Shown: positions 36,801 through 47,428, counted from the first letter of the stretch. The stretch: DNA of 64,000 bases from Octopus vulgaris (GCA_951406725.2 OX597822.1:63426001-63490000), one strand, 5' to 3'. Notes: generated by a model from the sequence alone, not told the origin. Program-made: numbers and translations.

Positions 36801-37578
36801 TATTATTTCTTGAAAACCATCATCATTATTAAGTAGAATAACTTACCATTTTGTTTAAATTGAGACAGTTCACACCCATCCAGTAGAACGCCTCCTTCAC
36901 ATTCAACAGGATGAATACTGTTTTCATTCTTTTGAATTAATCATGTTTATCCTGTTGCTTTGAGATTTCAATGTTGGGATTGCTTATTTTCATGAAGGTG
37001 CATGGCTCAGTGGTTAGAGCATTGGACTCACAATCATGAGGTAGCAAGTTCCATTCCCGGACCAGGCTGTGCGTTGTGTTCATAAGCAAAACACTATATT
37101 CCACATTTCTCAGCTGTAGAACTGAATTGTGATGTCACTGGTGCCAAGCTACATTGGCCTTTACCTTTCCCTCGGATAAGATCGGTGACATGGAGAGGGA
37201 AGGTTGGTATGCATGGGCGAGTGCTGGTCTTCCATAAACAACCTGACCTTGTCCCAACTTGTACCTTGGAAGGGAACTTTCTAAGTGCAATCCCATAGTC
37301 ATTCATGACTGAAGGGGATCTTTACCTGATTGTTTATTTTAGAATGAGAATGTAGGGTAGGTGTGAGAGGCTGGATCTGGTCAGTTTTAACATAGGACGG
37401 CTAGAGTATTTTAGCTGGGTATGGCTAATTTAAATGCTGGTGGGTTAAACTTGTTTTAAAATGTAACATAACCGCAGTTTAACATTTATATATAATTGTG
37501 TTTTTTTGTTTTTTTTTTATTCCAGCATCCAACGAAAGTTATACTTCATCCCAGACAGTTAGATCGGAATCAGACTAA
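6104..37578 (+). CDS. RANBP3: RanBP3-like protein (Ran-binding protein 3, CRM1 export cofactor), spliced gene; 16 coding exons visible, start codon not located
   Basis: Exons 6104-6137, 8079-8237, 9774-9803, 11017-11118, 12208-12264, 13335-13388, 16109-16192, 17029-17233, 19516-19657, 21079-21223, 27293-27414, 30598-30718, 35150-35286, 36399-36544, 36689-36786, 37526-37578. All have AG/GT boundaries and compatible phases, and join into 1689 nt with no internal stop (562 aa + TAA). Product has FLFGTNLHERV and FVFGENLADRV (RanBP3-type FxFG), SLEESAREY...EVKTGEEDESNVLQ, and a RanBD (CKLFVFD..WIERGQGVLRLND..SRLVMRSQGSLRVILNTKIW..M). Confidence 0.9.
6556..6945 (+). mobile_element. tRNA-derived CORE-like SINE family A, full length; more than 15 full or partial copies in the window (e.g. 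13710-14090, 17700-18082, 28910-29298, 40244-40623, 42152-42470, 51427-51912, 53963-54325, 58690-59075, 60535-60925)
   Basis: A-box-like TGGCTGTGTGG, B-box-like GGTTCAGTCCC, CORE-like ACCTTGGGCAAGTG, internal (TA)n/(TG)n tract, 3' end ...AAATGACTGAAACA(A/T)GTAAAAGAG. Confidence 0.9.
7046..7454 (-). mobile_element. SINE family A, inverted relative to the copy at 6556-6945
   Basis: Reverse complement of the family A consensus, including head and 3' end. Confidence 0.9.
8079..8237 (+). CDS. RANBP3: RANBP3-like exon (VSESKTGD...FISPSRLRFCKPSVT)
   Basis: TAG acceptor (alternative in-frame CAG gives start 8085), GTATGA donor (alternative GTAAGC gives end 8219); phase 1-1; Ser-rich. Confidence 0.7.
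8370..8690 (+). mobile_element. 5'-truncated RTE LINE 3' tail; similar tails at about 4610-4880(-), 14765-15027(+), 21372-22000(-), 25680-26017(-), 33925-34450(-), 44720-44915(-), 59150-59820(-), 61655-62007(+)
   Basis: Matches the 3' UTR of the long RTE at 50563-51170 (GGAGTGGTTGGCGTTAGGAAGGGCATCCAGCTGTAGAAAC...CCAACCCATGCTAGCATGG...) and ends in (GAT)n. Confidence 0.88.
9774..9803 (+). CDS. RANBP3: RANBP3-like 30-nt exon (VLGVSTSSNP)
   Basis: Pyrimidine tract + CAG acceptor, CAG|GTAAGT consensus donor; phase 1-1. Confidence 0.7.
11017..11118 (+). CDS. RANBP3: RANBP3-like exon (VLAASKMMPNPFAPK...SQSCE)
   Basis: TTACAG acceptor, AAG|GTCAGT donor; 102 nt, phase 1-1. Confidence 0.7.
12208..12264 (+). 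CDS. RANBP3: RANBP3-like exon (GIIAPSRFGASRQADPDST)
   Basis: Pyrimidine tract + TAG, CTG|GTATGT donor; 57 nt, phase 1-1. Confidence 0.7.
13335..13388 (+). CDS. RANBP3: RANBP3-like exon (DGKRSVFWNTSLLAPSKF)
   Basis: Strong pyrimidine tract + CAG, GTAAGT donor; 54 nt, phase 1-1. Confidence 0.75.
16109..16192 (+). CDS. RANBP3: RANBP3-like exon (NVQSSQNVHSLIKPATLPDPTNKNSVDK)
   Basis: Pyrimidine tract + TAG, GTAAGT donor; 84 nt, phase 1-1. Confidence 0.75.
16316..16577. mobile_element. Penelope-like pseudo-LTR remnant with about 70-bp inverted arms (16316-16386 / 16437-16508), between (TA)n tracts
   Basis: Arms are reverse complements with about 4 mismatches; flanked by TA microsatellites; contains a hammerhead motif. 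Confidence 0.65.
16345..16405 (-). ncRNA. Minimal type I hammerhead ribozyme fold (Penelope-type)
   Basis: Minus strand reads GAUAA-CUGAAGA-G(stem II: AUGGCAGCGUGGAUUUCCACCUCGGCAUC)C-GAAA-CUCGGAG-U-U-UUAUC: CUGANGA and GAAA core, 5-bp stem I GAUAA/UUAUC, short self-complementary stem III ACUCGGAGU, GUU cleavage triplet. Confidence 0.7.
17029..17233 (+). CDS. RANBP3: RANBP3-like exon (SQQDADSSSS...poly-Ser KFSTPIFS)
   Basis: TTCAG acceptor, AG|GTAATA donor; phase 1 to 2 matches the next exon. Confidence 0.75.
19516..19657 (+). CDS. RANBP3: RANBP3-like exon with first FxFG motif (GEFLFGTNLHERVV)
   Basis: TGCAG acceptor, GTGAGT donor; phase 2 to 0. Confidence 0.85.
20279..20443. mobile_element. 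Tc1/mariner(pogo)-type MITE
   Basis: About 27-bp imperfect TIRs (CCATATTTTAACATTTATAAGGAACCC / GGGTTCCTTATACATGTTAAAATGCAG), flanked by TA on both sides. Confidence 0.7.
20751..20969. mobile_element. piggyBac-type MITE (family A); other copies about 5590-5812, 7670-7880, 11765-11990, 29397-30078, 36930-37445, 53560-53735
   Basis: TTAA|CCCTTTAGCATT ... AATGCTAAAGG(A/G)|TTAA termini and a shared interior of about 220 bp. Confidence 0.8.
21079..21223 (+). CDS. RANBP3: RANBP3-like exon with second FxFG motif (GFVFGENLADRVV)
   Basis: TAG acceptor, G|GTAAGT donor; phase 0 to 1. Confidence 0.88.
24100..24970 (-). mobile_element. Decayed Penelope-like element 3' region (end of GIY-YIG ORF plus pLTR-like sequence)
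   Basis: Minus-strand ISDHCPMDKQHLK*QIFPLYQYISNTSAQFQLYKENKLIQKYPKY resembles the H..C...F.IFP.Y...E..FI.KY.P C-terminus of PLE endonucleases; boundaries approximate. Confidence 0.4.
26036..27005 (+). mobile_element. 5'-truncated RTE LINE (last about 48 codons of the ORF + expanded 3' UTR + (GAT)n)
   Basis: Encodes RGRGRPRKTWDEVVKHDLRTLGLTEEMTRDRDLWKYSVREKTRQDK*, matching 50420-50562; bounded by (TA)n on both sides. Confidence 0.92.
26266..26712 (+). repeat. About 158-bp tandem repeat, nearly 3 copies, inside an RTE 3' UTR
   Basis: CGACAGGCACCC(A/T)TGCC recurs at 26266, 26425 and 26583 with near-identical sequence between. Confidence 0.9.
27293..27414 (+). CDS. RANBP3: RANBP3-like exon leading into the RanBD (SLEESAREY...KTGEEDESNVLQ)
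   Basis: TTTCAG acceptor, CAG|GTAATA donor; TGEEDE is the RanBD N-terminal signature. Confidence 0.92.
29511..30014 (+). mobile_element. Internally deleted piggyBac element with a transposase remnant, nested in a family A MITE (29397-30078)
   Basis: TIR-like ends CCCTTAAATGGC / GCCGTTTAAGAG; degenerate TTAA sites (TGAA, ATAA); acidic stretch then YFTALFTDEIVNVIA*EIKNYY, resembling the piggyBac YF.LFFTDEI...IV.ETN.YA motif. Confidence 0.65.
30089..30420 (+). mobile_element. tRNA-derived SINE family C; related copies about 5328-5565, 12960-13190(-), 36994-37325, 38420-38580, 55765-56090
   Basis: Head TGGCTCAGTGGTTAGA (A box) ... GAGTTTGAATCC (B-box-like), then GTGTTCTTGAGCAAGACACTT; 30089 and 36994 copies are colinear over about 330 bp. 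Confidence 0.85.
30598..30718 (+). CDS. RANBP3: RANBP3-like RanBD exon (SNCKLFVFDKPTLVWIERGQGVLRLND...QSRL)
   Basis: TTCCAG acceptor, AG|GTGAGT donor; WxERGxG motif. Confidence 0.95.
30786..31117. repeat. Long imperfect inverted repeat (MITE-like, arms about 110 bp)
   Basis: ATAAACATATGCACTGGTTCCATTTCATTTCTT...TGATTAATCA pairs with TGATTAATCA...AAGAAGTGAAATAGAACCAGTGCATGTGTTTAT. Confidence 0.75.
35150..35286 (+). CDS. RANBP3: RANBP3-like RanBD exon (VMRSQGSLRVILNTKIWTGM...VKVFLIV)
   Basis: CAG acceptor, GTAAGT donor; RLVMRxQGSLRVILN motif spans the junction. Confidence 0.95.
36399..36544 (+). CDS. RANBP3: RANBP3-like exon: end of RanBD plus basic NLS-like segment
   Basis: CAG acceptor; ANPKDSDNIMRAIEWRIQQLK...KRKSESQDRVSPKKL; AA|GTAGGT donor, phase 2. 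Confidence 0.85.
36689..36786 (+). CDS. RANBP3: RANBP3-like penultimate coding exon (KLPELSAS...DPETE)
   Basis: Poly-T + TAG acceptor; phase 2 to 1 matches both neighbours; G|GTGAAG donor. Confidence 0.7.
37526..37578 (+). CDS. RANBP3: RANBP3-like last coding exon (ASNESYTSSQTVRSESD*)
   Basis: Long poly-T + CCAG acceptor; in-frame TAA at 37576-37578; AATAAA hexamers downstream at 37647 and 38308. Confidence 0.72.
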
Positions 37579-38879
37579 GAAAAATAATTGCAGCAAACTG
37601 AGTGGTTAACAATCTTCTGGATAATCTGACTTTCGAAGTGGAAGATAATAAAATCTTATGGAAATTACATCTGCAGATTCAAAATATAAATTTGATAGAG
37701 CCTGAACAAAATATGTATGTGTATGTGTTGATGTGTGTGCGTACATATGTTTGCGTGTGTATGTGAGTGAGTATGCATGCACATATTCTCATACATGCAT
37801 GTGGGTATACTTTGTATGTATGGGTGTGATGTAATTAGCGTATAAGTGATCAATTATCTCCAGAAAAATACCTTTAGGTTAATCCAACAGGACAAGAAAG
37901 TGTTTGGAATATTGGTCAGTGCTTGCGGTGACATAAAAGTATGTTCCCTGATGGCATTTCCAGTGCAAGAATTGGATATATATTCACCTATACAGGCTGG
38001 CAGTTTGGCACCTGTTCTCTGTAGCATTTCTTTCTTCAGGGTTTCTTTGTTGTTTTTGTTTTTTTTTTTATTTTTTGTTTTTTTTTGGACACCAAGCAAA
38101 ACTTGTTGAAAACAACACAAATTACTAAGAAGAATGTTGAGGAAAATGAGAGAAAGATGATTGGGAATGGGGGTTGGGGTTACTAAAAGATACATTTTTA
38201 TTATGAACTGAAAGGAATATTGGAAAAGTGCAGGGGACAGTTTATTTGAACTATAAAATAGGAGAGTACAGCAAAAACAAAAACAAAGGACATTTTCTGA
38301 TAAGACAATAAAAAAAAAATTGAAACATTTTATTTCGTAATGTTTTTTTGCATTTCAGCTTTGTACTTGGCTTTAAATTCATTTTAATATCATGCAGATT
38401 GGCAGGAACAGCTATGAGTGGAGGCGCAGTGGTTAGGGCAGCGGACTCGCGGTTGTAAGAACGCAGTTTCGATTCCCGGTCCAGGCATATTGAGCAAAAA
38501 CACCTAACCTCCACGAGGCTCCGGCGGGTGGTGGTGGTGAACCCCATTGTACTCTTTCACGACAACTTTCTCTCACTCTTTCTACCTACTTCTGCCACAA
38601 AGTAGAGGAACCATGGTTTAACCCACTATGGTGTGATAAACTTTCAGACCTTAGTCTAGATGGCAAATCCTCTGTACCCCAGGATGTTTCAGCTCTCTAC
38701 CCATTAAAAGCCACCATTTACGGAATGAGGATAACAACGTAGCTTTCATGCCCGTGCAACCACCAGTCTATTGCGTGTGGTGGGTGGATCTTCAAGTTGC
38801 CACATGCATTCTTAGTAGATTAGAGTAGGCTCGAATTAGAGATTATTCTTTGTGGCTAATGGCGTGAGTCCTGATTGGA

Positions 38880-39170
38880 AGAAGAACAGCTATGTAAAGC
38901 ACTGCCGATCTCTAACTGTGTAGGGATCCTGTGAAAGAGGTAGACCCAGGAAGACATGGGACGAGGTGGTGAAGCATGATCTTCAAATGTTGGGCCTCAT
39001 GGAGGCGATGCCAAGTGAAACAGTAATCGTGGCTGTTGTCCATGTTATGTAAATGGCACCTGTGAAATTGTCATGGCCATTGCTGGTGTCATGTGAATGG
39101 CACCCATGCCAGTGACATAAAAAGAGTGGTTGGCATTAGGAAGGGCATCCAGCTGTAGAAATGCTGCCAA
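38880..39170 (+). mobile_element. Decayed RTE ORF end and tail; continues after a SINE B and a hAT MITE to about 40206
   Basis: SYVKHCRSLTV*GSCERGRPRKTWDEVVKHDL, homologous to 50380-50475. Confidence 0.75.
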
Positions 39171-39634
39171 ATAGGGCAGCAAGCTGGCAGAAACGTAAGC
39201 ACGCCCAGTGAAATGCTTAGCAGTATTTCGTCTGCCATTACGTTCTGAGTTCAAATTCCGCCGAGGTCGACTTTGCCTTTCATCCTTTCGGGGTCGATAA
39301 ATTAAGTACCAGTTACGTACTGTGGCCGATATAATCAACTTAATCCCTTTGTCTGTCCTTGTTTGTCTTCTCTGTGTTTAGCCCATTGTGGGTAGTAAAG
39401 AAATAGGTATTTCATCTGCCATTACGTTCTGAGTTCAAATTCTGCCACGGTCGACTTTGCCTTTCGGGGTCGATAAATTAAGTACCAGTTATGCACTGGG
39501 GTCGATGTAATCGACTTAATCCCTTTGTCCTTGTTTAGCCCCTTGTGGGCAATAAAGAAATAAGAAACCATGCCAAATCAGACTGGAACTGGTGCTGCTC
39601 TCTGGCTTACCAGTTCCACTCAATTTGTCTAACC

Positions 39635-40162
39635 CAGTGGTTCTCAAACTGGGGTCTGCAGTCCCCTAGGGGACCGCGAAGGGATGCTGAAGTATGAAAA
39701 CAGGGTGGCTTGAGACAGTTAAGTTTTAAAATTTCAAGGCTTTCAATTTTTCCCGTGCTATTATCCTTTTTCATTGTTGGCCTCAAAAACCCACACCACT
39801 CCTACACACTCATTTGCTAATCACACTTGTACAAGTGTGATTGGCCATTAGAAAATATACAGGTATAATGGTTGATTATGCATGTGCTGTCGATATTTGT
39901 TTTGTAACTAACGGATCAACTGATTCCCCATATTTTCATGTGCATTTATTGTAATCCCATTGGGGCATTGCCTGGATTAAGTTGTGGTTTTCGGGGTTGC
40001 GGGTCTATGGGAAGTGTGGTTCATAGTCTGGAAATTACGGTACATGAACATGTCATTTTTTTCCATGTTGATTATCCTGTATTTTGTAGGGGACTGTGAA
40101 TCATCGTAAAGTCTGTAAGAGGACCGGCACGTAAAATGTTTTGGAAAGTTTGAGAACCGCTG
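39635..40162. mobile_element. hAT (Charlie-like) MITE with 8-bp TSD
   Basis: TIRs CAGTGGTTCTCAAACT / AGTTTGAGAACCGCTG; TSD GTCTAACC (39627-39634) / GTTTAACC (40163-40170). Confidence 0.88.
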
Positions 40163-42949
40163 GTTTAACCCATACCAGCATGGAAAGCGGACATTAAGTG
40201 ATGATGTACTCATCTGAATCTGTTAGCTGATTAACTCTTTAGCTCTTTACTTGTTTCAGTCATTTGACTGTGGCCATCTTGGAGCACTGCCTTTAGTCAA
40301 GCAAATCAACCCCAGGACTTATTCTCTGTAAACCTAGTACTTATTCTATCTGTCTCTTGCCGAACCGCTAAGTTATGGGGATGTAAACACATCATTGGTT
40401 GTCAAGCTATGTTGGGGGAACAAACACATAAACATGCACACACACACACATACATATATATATGGTGGGCTTCTTTCAGTTTCCGTCTACCTAATACACT
40501 CACAAGGCTTTGGTCAGCCTGAGGCTATAGTAGAAGACACTTGCCCAAGGTGCCACGCAGTGGGAATGAACCTGGAACCATGTGGTTTGTAAGCAAGCTA
40601 CTTACCACACAGCCACTCCTGCACATTCAAATTATTCTGTCAGATTAATCATGCATTATCTTGAAGCTTCAAGATTTCTATGATGTTTTTACTGCTGGTA
40701 TGGGTTGGACAATTTGACCAAAGTTGGTAAGCTGGACGGCTGCATCTGACTCCAGTCTGATTTGCCATGGTTTTATACAGCTGGATGCTCTTCTTAATGT
40801 CATCCCACATAAAACAGGTAAAATATTTGAGCCATATGTGACTGGTTTAACTGCTAACAGGTTTACCTTTAGCAGAATCCACTCAGATGGAAGGATTTGA
40901 ACTTGGTCTCTGGTCTGAAGATAACTTGATGTCGGATGCACTACTTCCTACTGCTGCAATCCTTGTGTCATGGCTTCTTCGACTCTTTTTCCTCGCCTCC
41001 AGTTTCCTAAGCCATTCCTACAGAAACTGAACTGGAGTCAATACTTAGATATGTTATCTGGCAGCTTACAAGACTCAGAACTGCTAACAATGTAAAGTAG
41101 TTGTGGGCAAACTGCAGTTCATGGAACTTTCTGAATAACACGCCTAATGAAAAATTAACTTGCATTTTTTTAGTAGTATGGCCTGCCATGATGATGAGTC
41201 ATGTCTCATGGAACCTGCCTCTTGAAAAAGGTTGCCCATGCCTGATATAAAAATGTTAACCCCAATTTATTTATAGCTTAATCAGAGAATGAAAAGCCTC
41301 CAAAACTAATGACGAAAGTTATGTCATTGGAGTAAGAATTATGTTCAAAATTATTTGGTCTTATGTGACCCTACTAGAAATGAACAGAAAAGAGGCATAG
41401 GAATGACTGAATCAGTAATATAGATTAAGAACCCAAAGACCATTGGTAAAAAAAATATTGAGAGAATTTAGTTAAGCAGTGGTGCATCAGCATGGCCGCA
41501 GCTATGAGCTGAAACTACAGTAAAAAAAAAAAAAGCGTGGGACTTTTTGAGAAGCTTAGTTTTATGTTTAATGTTACATTAATCACTTATGCTAGTTTTT
41601 TATTATTATTTATCGTATTTTTTTTATGAGCACTAGCATTGTTGGTTATAAGTTTTCATTTCGCTAGTCAACTGATTCATGTCTTCGATGGCAAGGGAGT
41701 GTTTGTGCCACTTGGGTGTAATAAATATCCTGGATGTTTTTTGTTCAGCACACTACTAACTTTATTATGATTTTCTTGCCTGTGTGTACATCTTTCATTG
41801 CACGTACAAACCCAAGAAGTGTGTCTTTACAGCATGATTCTCTTGAGATAAGTTGGATTTGCAACACGAAGTGTGTTGAGATGCCAGGTTTCTGTTGGGT
41901 TTGTAACTGCAAGATTGTGCACATTTCTGTGAAACAACAGCAAAGGAAATGTTCAATATAGAACAACTTATTTTTTGTCCACATAGAAGTGATATGCTCT
42001 TAATTGGCTTTTTATTTTTTTAGTGTAAAGTAAAACAATAATATTGCTCAACAATCAAGGTTACATTTGTAAGCACCCCACTATGATTACAGGTAAGTTC
42101 ATTGCAATAGAGTTCACCACAAGGAAAGTTTGTGAGGAAATGTATCCATATAGGCACAGGAGTGGCTGTGTGGTAAGTAACTTGGTCATGGTTCAGTCCC
42201 ACTGCATGGCATCTTGGGCAAGTGTCTTCTACTATAGCCTCAGGCCGACCAAAGCCTTGTGAGTGGATTTGGTTGACGGAAACTGGAAGAAGCCCGTCGT
42301 ATATATATATATGTGTGTGTCCGTGTTTGTCCCCCAACATCGCTTGACAACCGATGCTGGTGTGTTTACATCCCCGTAACTTAGCGCTTCATCAAAATAG
42401 ACCGATAGAATAAGTACTAGGCTTACAAAGAATAAGCTCTGGGGGCGATTTGCTTGACTAAAGCCGGTGCTCCCAAAGGTATTCAGGCAGTGTTTAGAAT
42501 CATCCAATGTATCCTTCCTTTCTTTGAGATGACAGTATGATTGGAGGTCTATTTGACTGCTATTTCTAGGAAGTCAAGTGACCATTTATGTAGCAGCAGT
42601 GTTATTGTACCAGAAGACTCGCATACCTCCATCCCACCATCACCAATCATCCACATTACTGCATGCATCAAAAGGAGATGTGTTACTTAGTAAATTAACA
42701 AACCGCATACCTCTTTCTATATATAATGGATTAACCAATAGCAGCTTATTCACTTACTTAATTTAAACGTAGGCCTATTTATATTTGCAGTGGTAACACC
42801 TATATTTACAATGCTTACATTACAATCACCCCCACTAAGGGCAACAATTTTAATATGTTTGAATGCTGGTAGGTTAAAGCAAGAACAACTGATGTGAGAT
42901 GTCTTATCAAACGATCATTGAAACCTTTTCAAGTGCTGAATACCATCTC

Positions 42950-44555
42950 TTCTTCCCATGTTCACTCCCACATCCCTTTCCCAGTTTTCAGAGTTGGCAC
43001 ATTGAAAGATAGGTCTTGCAAGATTGTTGAGATGCTTGAATGGAGACGTGTTGATGTATGTTGCATCCAAGAGGTAAGGTGGAGAGGAGCTTCAGCCAAG
43101 TTCCTCACAGGTAAGGCACATAGGTATAAAATCTTCTGGGAAGGTAACAGTGATTGGGCAGGTGGTGTGGGCATACCCCTTGCAGAAAAATGGGTGGATA
43201 AGGTCAGAGTGTGTGATAAAGTACTTAGGCTCAGGCTTGTCTTGCAGAATAGTATAGTTTTTGTTATATCTGCCTATGCCCCACAAGCAGCTGGTGCAAA
43301 GTCCCATCCAGACCTAGGGTGTGGTAGTGGAACAATGCTGTAGACAGGGCCAGTAGAGCAAAGAAAGAAGCCTGGAAGAGGTGGAGTAGCAGAGAGTGTA
43401 TCAGATGGCCAGAAGGGAAGCTAGGAGACAGGTATATCTAGCCAAGGGAGAAGCAGAAAAGAAGTTTGCCTAAGTTCAGCGACATGAGGATTAAAGAATT
43501 GAAGTGTTTCAGATTGCAAGAGAAAATTGTGATGTCATAGGAGAGAAATGTGTCAGCCTGGATGATGGTGCACTTGTATTTAATGATTCTGCAAAGAAAG
43601 AGGCTTGGAAATGCCATTATGAAAGACTACTGAATAAATAGGAGGAGAGTTTGTCAAATGTTGATCCAATCGAGGGACCAGCTACCCAAATCAACAGTAT
43701 CTTGGCAGATAAAGCAATTAGGGATATGAAGACAAGACCCCAGCCCATCAGGAATCACTGCTGAGATGCTTAAATTATCTGGCAGTGTGGGTTATGGTCT
43801 TGTCACCCGTAGTATAAATCAGGTGGTACACGAAGGAGTCATACCCAGTGACTGATGTAACAGCACCATAGCCAACTGCTACAAAGGTAATGTTGATACT
43901 TTAGACAGAAATAATTACAGAGGTATCAGATTGTTGGATCAGGTGATGAAAGTTACAGAGAGAGTTGTAGCCCAGCTAATTAGGGAGAAAGTCTAGATAA
44001 GATGCAGTTTGGTTTTGTGCCAGGGAGAAGCACCACTGATGCTATATTTCTGGTAAAGCAGCTGCAGGAGAAATACATATCCTAAGATAAACCTGTGTAC
44101 TTGGCTTTTATTGACTTGGAGAAAGCCTTTGACAGGATCCCCCAATCCCTTATCTGGTGGTCACGTAACTAGACCCATGATGGTGGCACATAAAAAAAAA
44201 ACCTTTCAAGCATTGGGCCTCATAGAGGCAAAGTGGCTGAGTTCCTTTCAAGTGTTATGCCTCATGGAAGCAATGACCGAGACCTTTGGCATTATGTCAT
44301 GCTTGAGAAGAAGACCCATCAAGCCAAGGAAAATGACAGTGTTGGCAGATACTGGTGTCACGCAAATGGCACCCATGCCAGTGGCACGTAAAAGCACCCA
44401 TTACACGCTCAGAGTAGTTGGTGTTAGGAAGGGCATCCAGCTGCAAAAACCATGCCAAATCAGACTGGAGTCTGGTGCAGCCTTTCAGCTTGCCAGCCCT
44501 GGTCAAACCATCCAGCCCATGCCAGCATGGACAACAGACGTTAAATGATGAGGAG
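42950..44555 (+). pseudogene. Older, deleted and frameshifted copy of the same RTE LINE family (partial EN, partial RT, tail)
   Basis: RVGTLKDRSCKIVEMLEWRRVDVCCIQEVRWRG..., then QFGFVPGRSTTDAIFLVKQLQEKY..YLAFIDLEKAFDR, colinear with 47530-49390 but with stops and deletions. Confidence 0.9.
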
Positions 44556-45985
44556 GATGAGTGGCTGCATGGTAAGAAGTTTGCTTCCCAACTACATGGT
44601 TCCGGGTTCAGTCCTATTGCATGACCTCTTGGGCAAATGTTTTTTACTACAGCCTCGTGCTGACCAAAGCCTTGTGAGTGGGTCTGGTAGATGAAAACTG
44701 AAAGAAGCCTGTTTTATATATAATATCATCATCATCATCATGATCGTTTAGCGTCTGCTTTCCATGCTGGCATGGGTTGGATGGTGCAACTGGGGCCTGG
44801 GAAGCCAGAAGGCTGCACCAGGCCCAGTCTGATCTGGCAATGTTTCTACGGCTGGATGCCCTTCTTAACGCCAACCACTCCATGAGTGCAGTGGGTGCTT
44901 TTTACGTGCCACCATATATATATATGTGTATGTATTTGTGTATGTTTGCCCTCCACCATCGCTTGACAACTGATGTTGGTATGCTTATGTCCACGTAACT
45001 TAGTGGTTTGGCAAAAGAGACTGATAAAATAAGTACTAGGCTTACAAAGAATAAGTCCTGGGGTCGATTTGTTCGACTGAAGGCGGTTCTCCAGCATGGC
45101 CGCAGTCAAATGACTGAAACAAGTAAAAGATGTATATATATATATATATATATATATAATTTAATGTCTGCTTTCCAGGCTGGCATGGGTTCTTATATAT
45201 CGTTGCTATTATGCAAAAGTGTCTTAAGTTTCAGAAAATGAAAAAATTGTTTCACCATTCCATTCCAAAACCATTGTACTACACTTTGACAATTTTTGAT
45301 ATCTTGGCATCTGAAGCAGTTGGAGATACCAGTTTGACCAAAAGAACTGGTTACTGCAAGTAAAAATAACTATTGAAAAAAAGGCATTTGGACATACGAC
45401 AGTTTAACATAATAGCAACAATATGACATGGAAAACAAAAGGTATGTTATGAACTTCAACAGCTTACAGCTGTTTCTAACTGCATTTTACATACACTTTT
45501 CCATATACTTCAGTGATGACTTTCTCACTGGTAATTCTTTCCTTGTATATTCTAAAAATGTAATTCTTTTTTACAAAATAAATTGCACTTCGTATTGTAG
45601 GGTGTTATCCAGGCACTCGACTATGAGTCCACTGCATCAAATAGCAGAAACAGCTGTAAGCCAATGGAGTTCTTAACAAAAACTTTTGTACTCATGTTAT
45701 CTCTTTCTTATTGTAGTTCCATATTCTAACACTTTGTTCTGAGACATTCGTATATTGAGTTCTACACCAGGTTTTTTAGTCTTGTAATGCCTAAGCAAAA
45801 TATATATAAATGTGTGTGTGTGTTGGGCTTCTTTCAGTTTCTGTCTACTAAATCCATTCACAAGGCTCTGGTTGACCTGAGGCTATAGTAGAAGACACTT
45901 ACCCAAAGTACAATGCAGTGGAACTGAACCCAGAACCATGTGTTTTGGAAGCAAACTATACAGCCATGCTGACCCCTAATATATG

Positions 45986-46035
<50 letters not shown>

Positions 46036-46282
46036 TTTTATCATAAATTAATAAATCTTAGGGTAGCAAAAAAAATTTTGAAAAATTCTTTGCTACCAGT
46101 GGTCTAGCAAGAAAGAAAAAATTAGTCAATTGACTATATATTATTCAGAGAAGAATACAGTGTACGTTAAAACTCCAAGCCACCAATTATTGTAATTCCG
46201 AAAGTGATTGAAAAATAAAAACTTTATCTCTTTTGTGTTTGAATGTACACTGTATTCTTCTCTGAATTATATATATATATAT

Positions 46283-47428
46283 CCATTTTTCCAGACCTTC
46301 CAAGCCTGTCTCTTTTCTCTAATAGCCCTGTCTACAATATTGTTCCACCACCACGTTATTCTAGGTCGAGAGGGGACTTTGCCCCAGCCACAGATCTGGT
46401 CAGTGGCTCTCAGCAGGTTGTCCCTTAGAAACGTCCAGCTGTCTTCTACCCCCTGTGATGCTCTATCCCCTTCTACTTCGTCAGAGGCTTCAAGTAATAT
46501 GTCCCTAAATCTCTGTCCATTTGCAGGATCTTTAAGCTTCCAGATCCTTCTTCTCCATATTTGTCGTCTTCTGGTTGTCCTCCTAGTCCTGATCCTAAAG
46601 TCACTAACTACCAGTCTATGTTGTGGGGTACATTCTTCACCTGGGAAGGTTTTGGCATTTATAAGCAGCCATCTCTCCCTTTGCCTTGTAAGGATGTAGT
46701 CAATTTGGCTGGTATGTTGGCCCGATTGGTAAGTGACTAGGTGGCTGGTAGGTTTCCTGAAGTTAGTGTTGCAAATCATAAGATTATTTGCATCGCAGAA
46801 CTCCAGCAGCCTGGTTCCCTCCTCGTTGCGGGAGCCATAGCCGTAGCCTCCATGTACGCCATGGAAGCCCCCAGCATGTCGTCCAACGTGACCATTGAAG
46901 TCACCAGCCACAAAGATAAGGTCTCTGTCGTTCGTCAATGAGGTAGTCTGCAGTAGAGTGTCATAGAATCGGTCTTTCTGTCCATCGGGTAGCCCCGACT
47001 GAGGAGCATAGGCTGATATAATGGTTGCTAAACTATGATGAAGCACTAATCTAATCTTAAGTATTCTGTCACTTACTCTGATTACCTCAATTACTTTATC
47101 TACCCATTTCTCAGCGATAAGTATACCCACGCCACCAACCCCGTCAGTATTCCCTGCCCAGAAAATCTTGTACCTGCGTTCCTTGCCTGTGAGGAACCTA
47201 GCTGATCCTCCTCTCCACCTTATTTCTTGCATGCAACATATATCCACACATCTCCGTTCAAGCATCTCGACTATCTCACCAGACCTACCTTTCAGAGTGC
47301 CAACGTTGAGGGTGCCAACCCTGAGGGTGTGGAAGGCAAGGGCTCTAGAGACCCTGGGACGGTGGACAGTAGCTTCGTGTACCTGAAAAGAAAGCTCGCA
47401 TTTGGCAGAATTCATGTGCAAAAAATGA
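46283..47428 (-). mobile_element. Inverted duplicate of the RTE 5' part; open frame covering the APE endonuclease, truncated at a (TA)n tract
   Basis: Reverse complement of 47430-48572; APE motifs TLNVGTL, MQEIRW, SAYAPQ, AGDFNGHVG, QIDYIL, QHRLVV in one uninterrupted frame. Confidence 0.93.
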
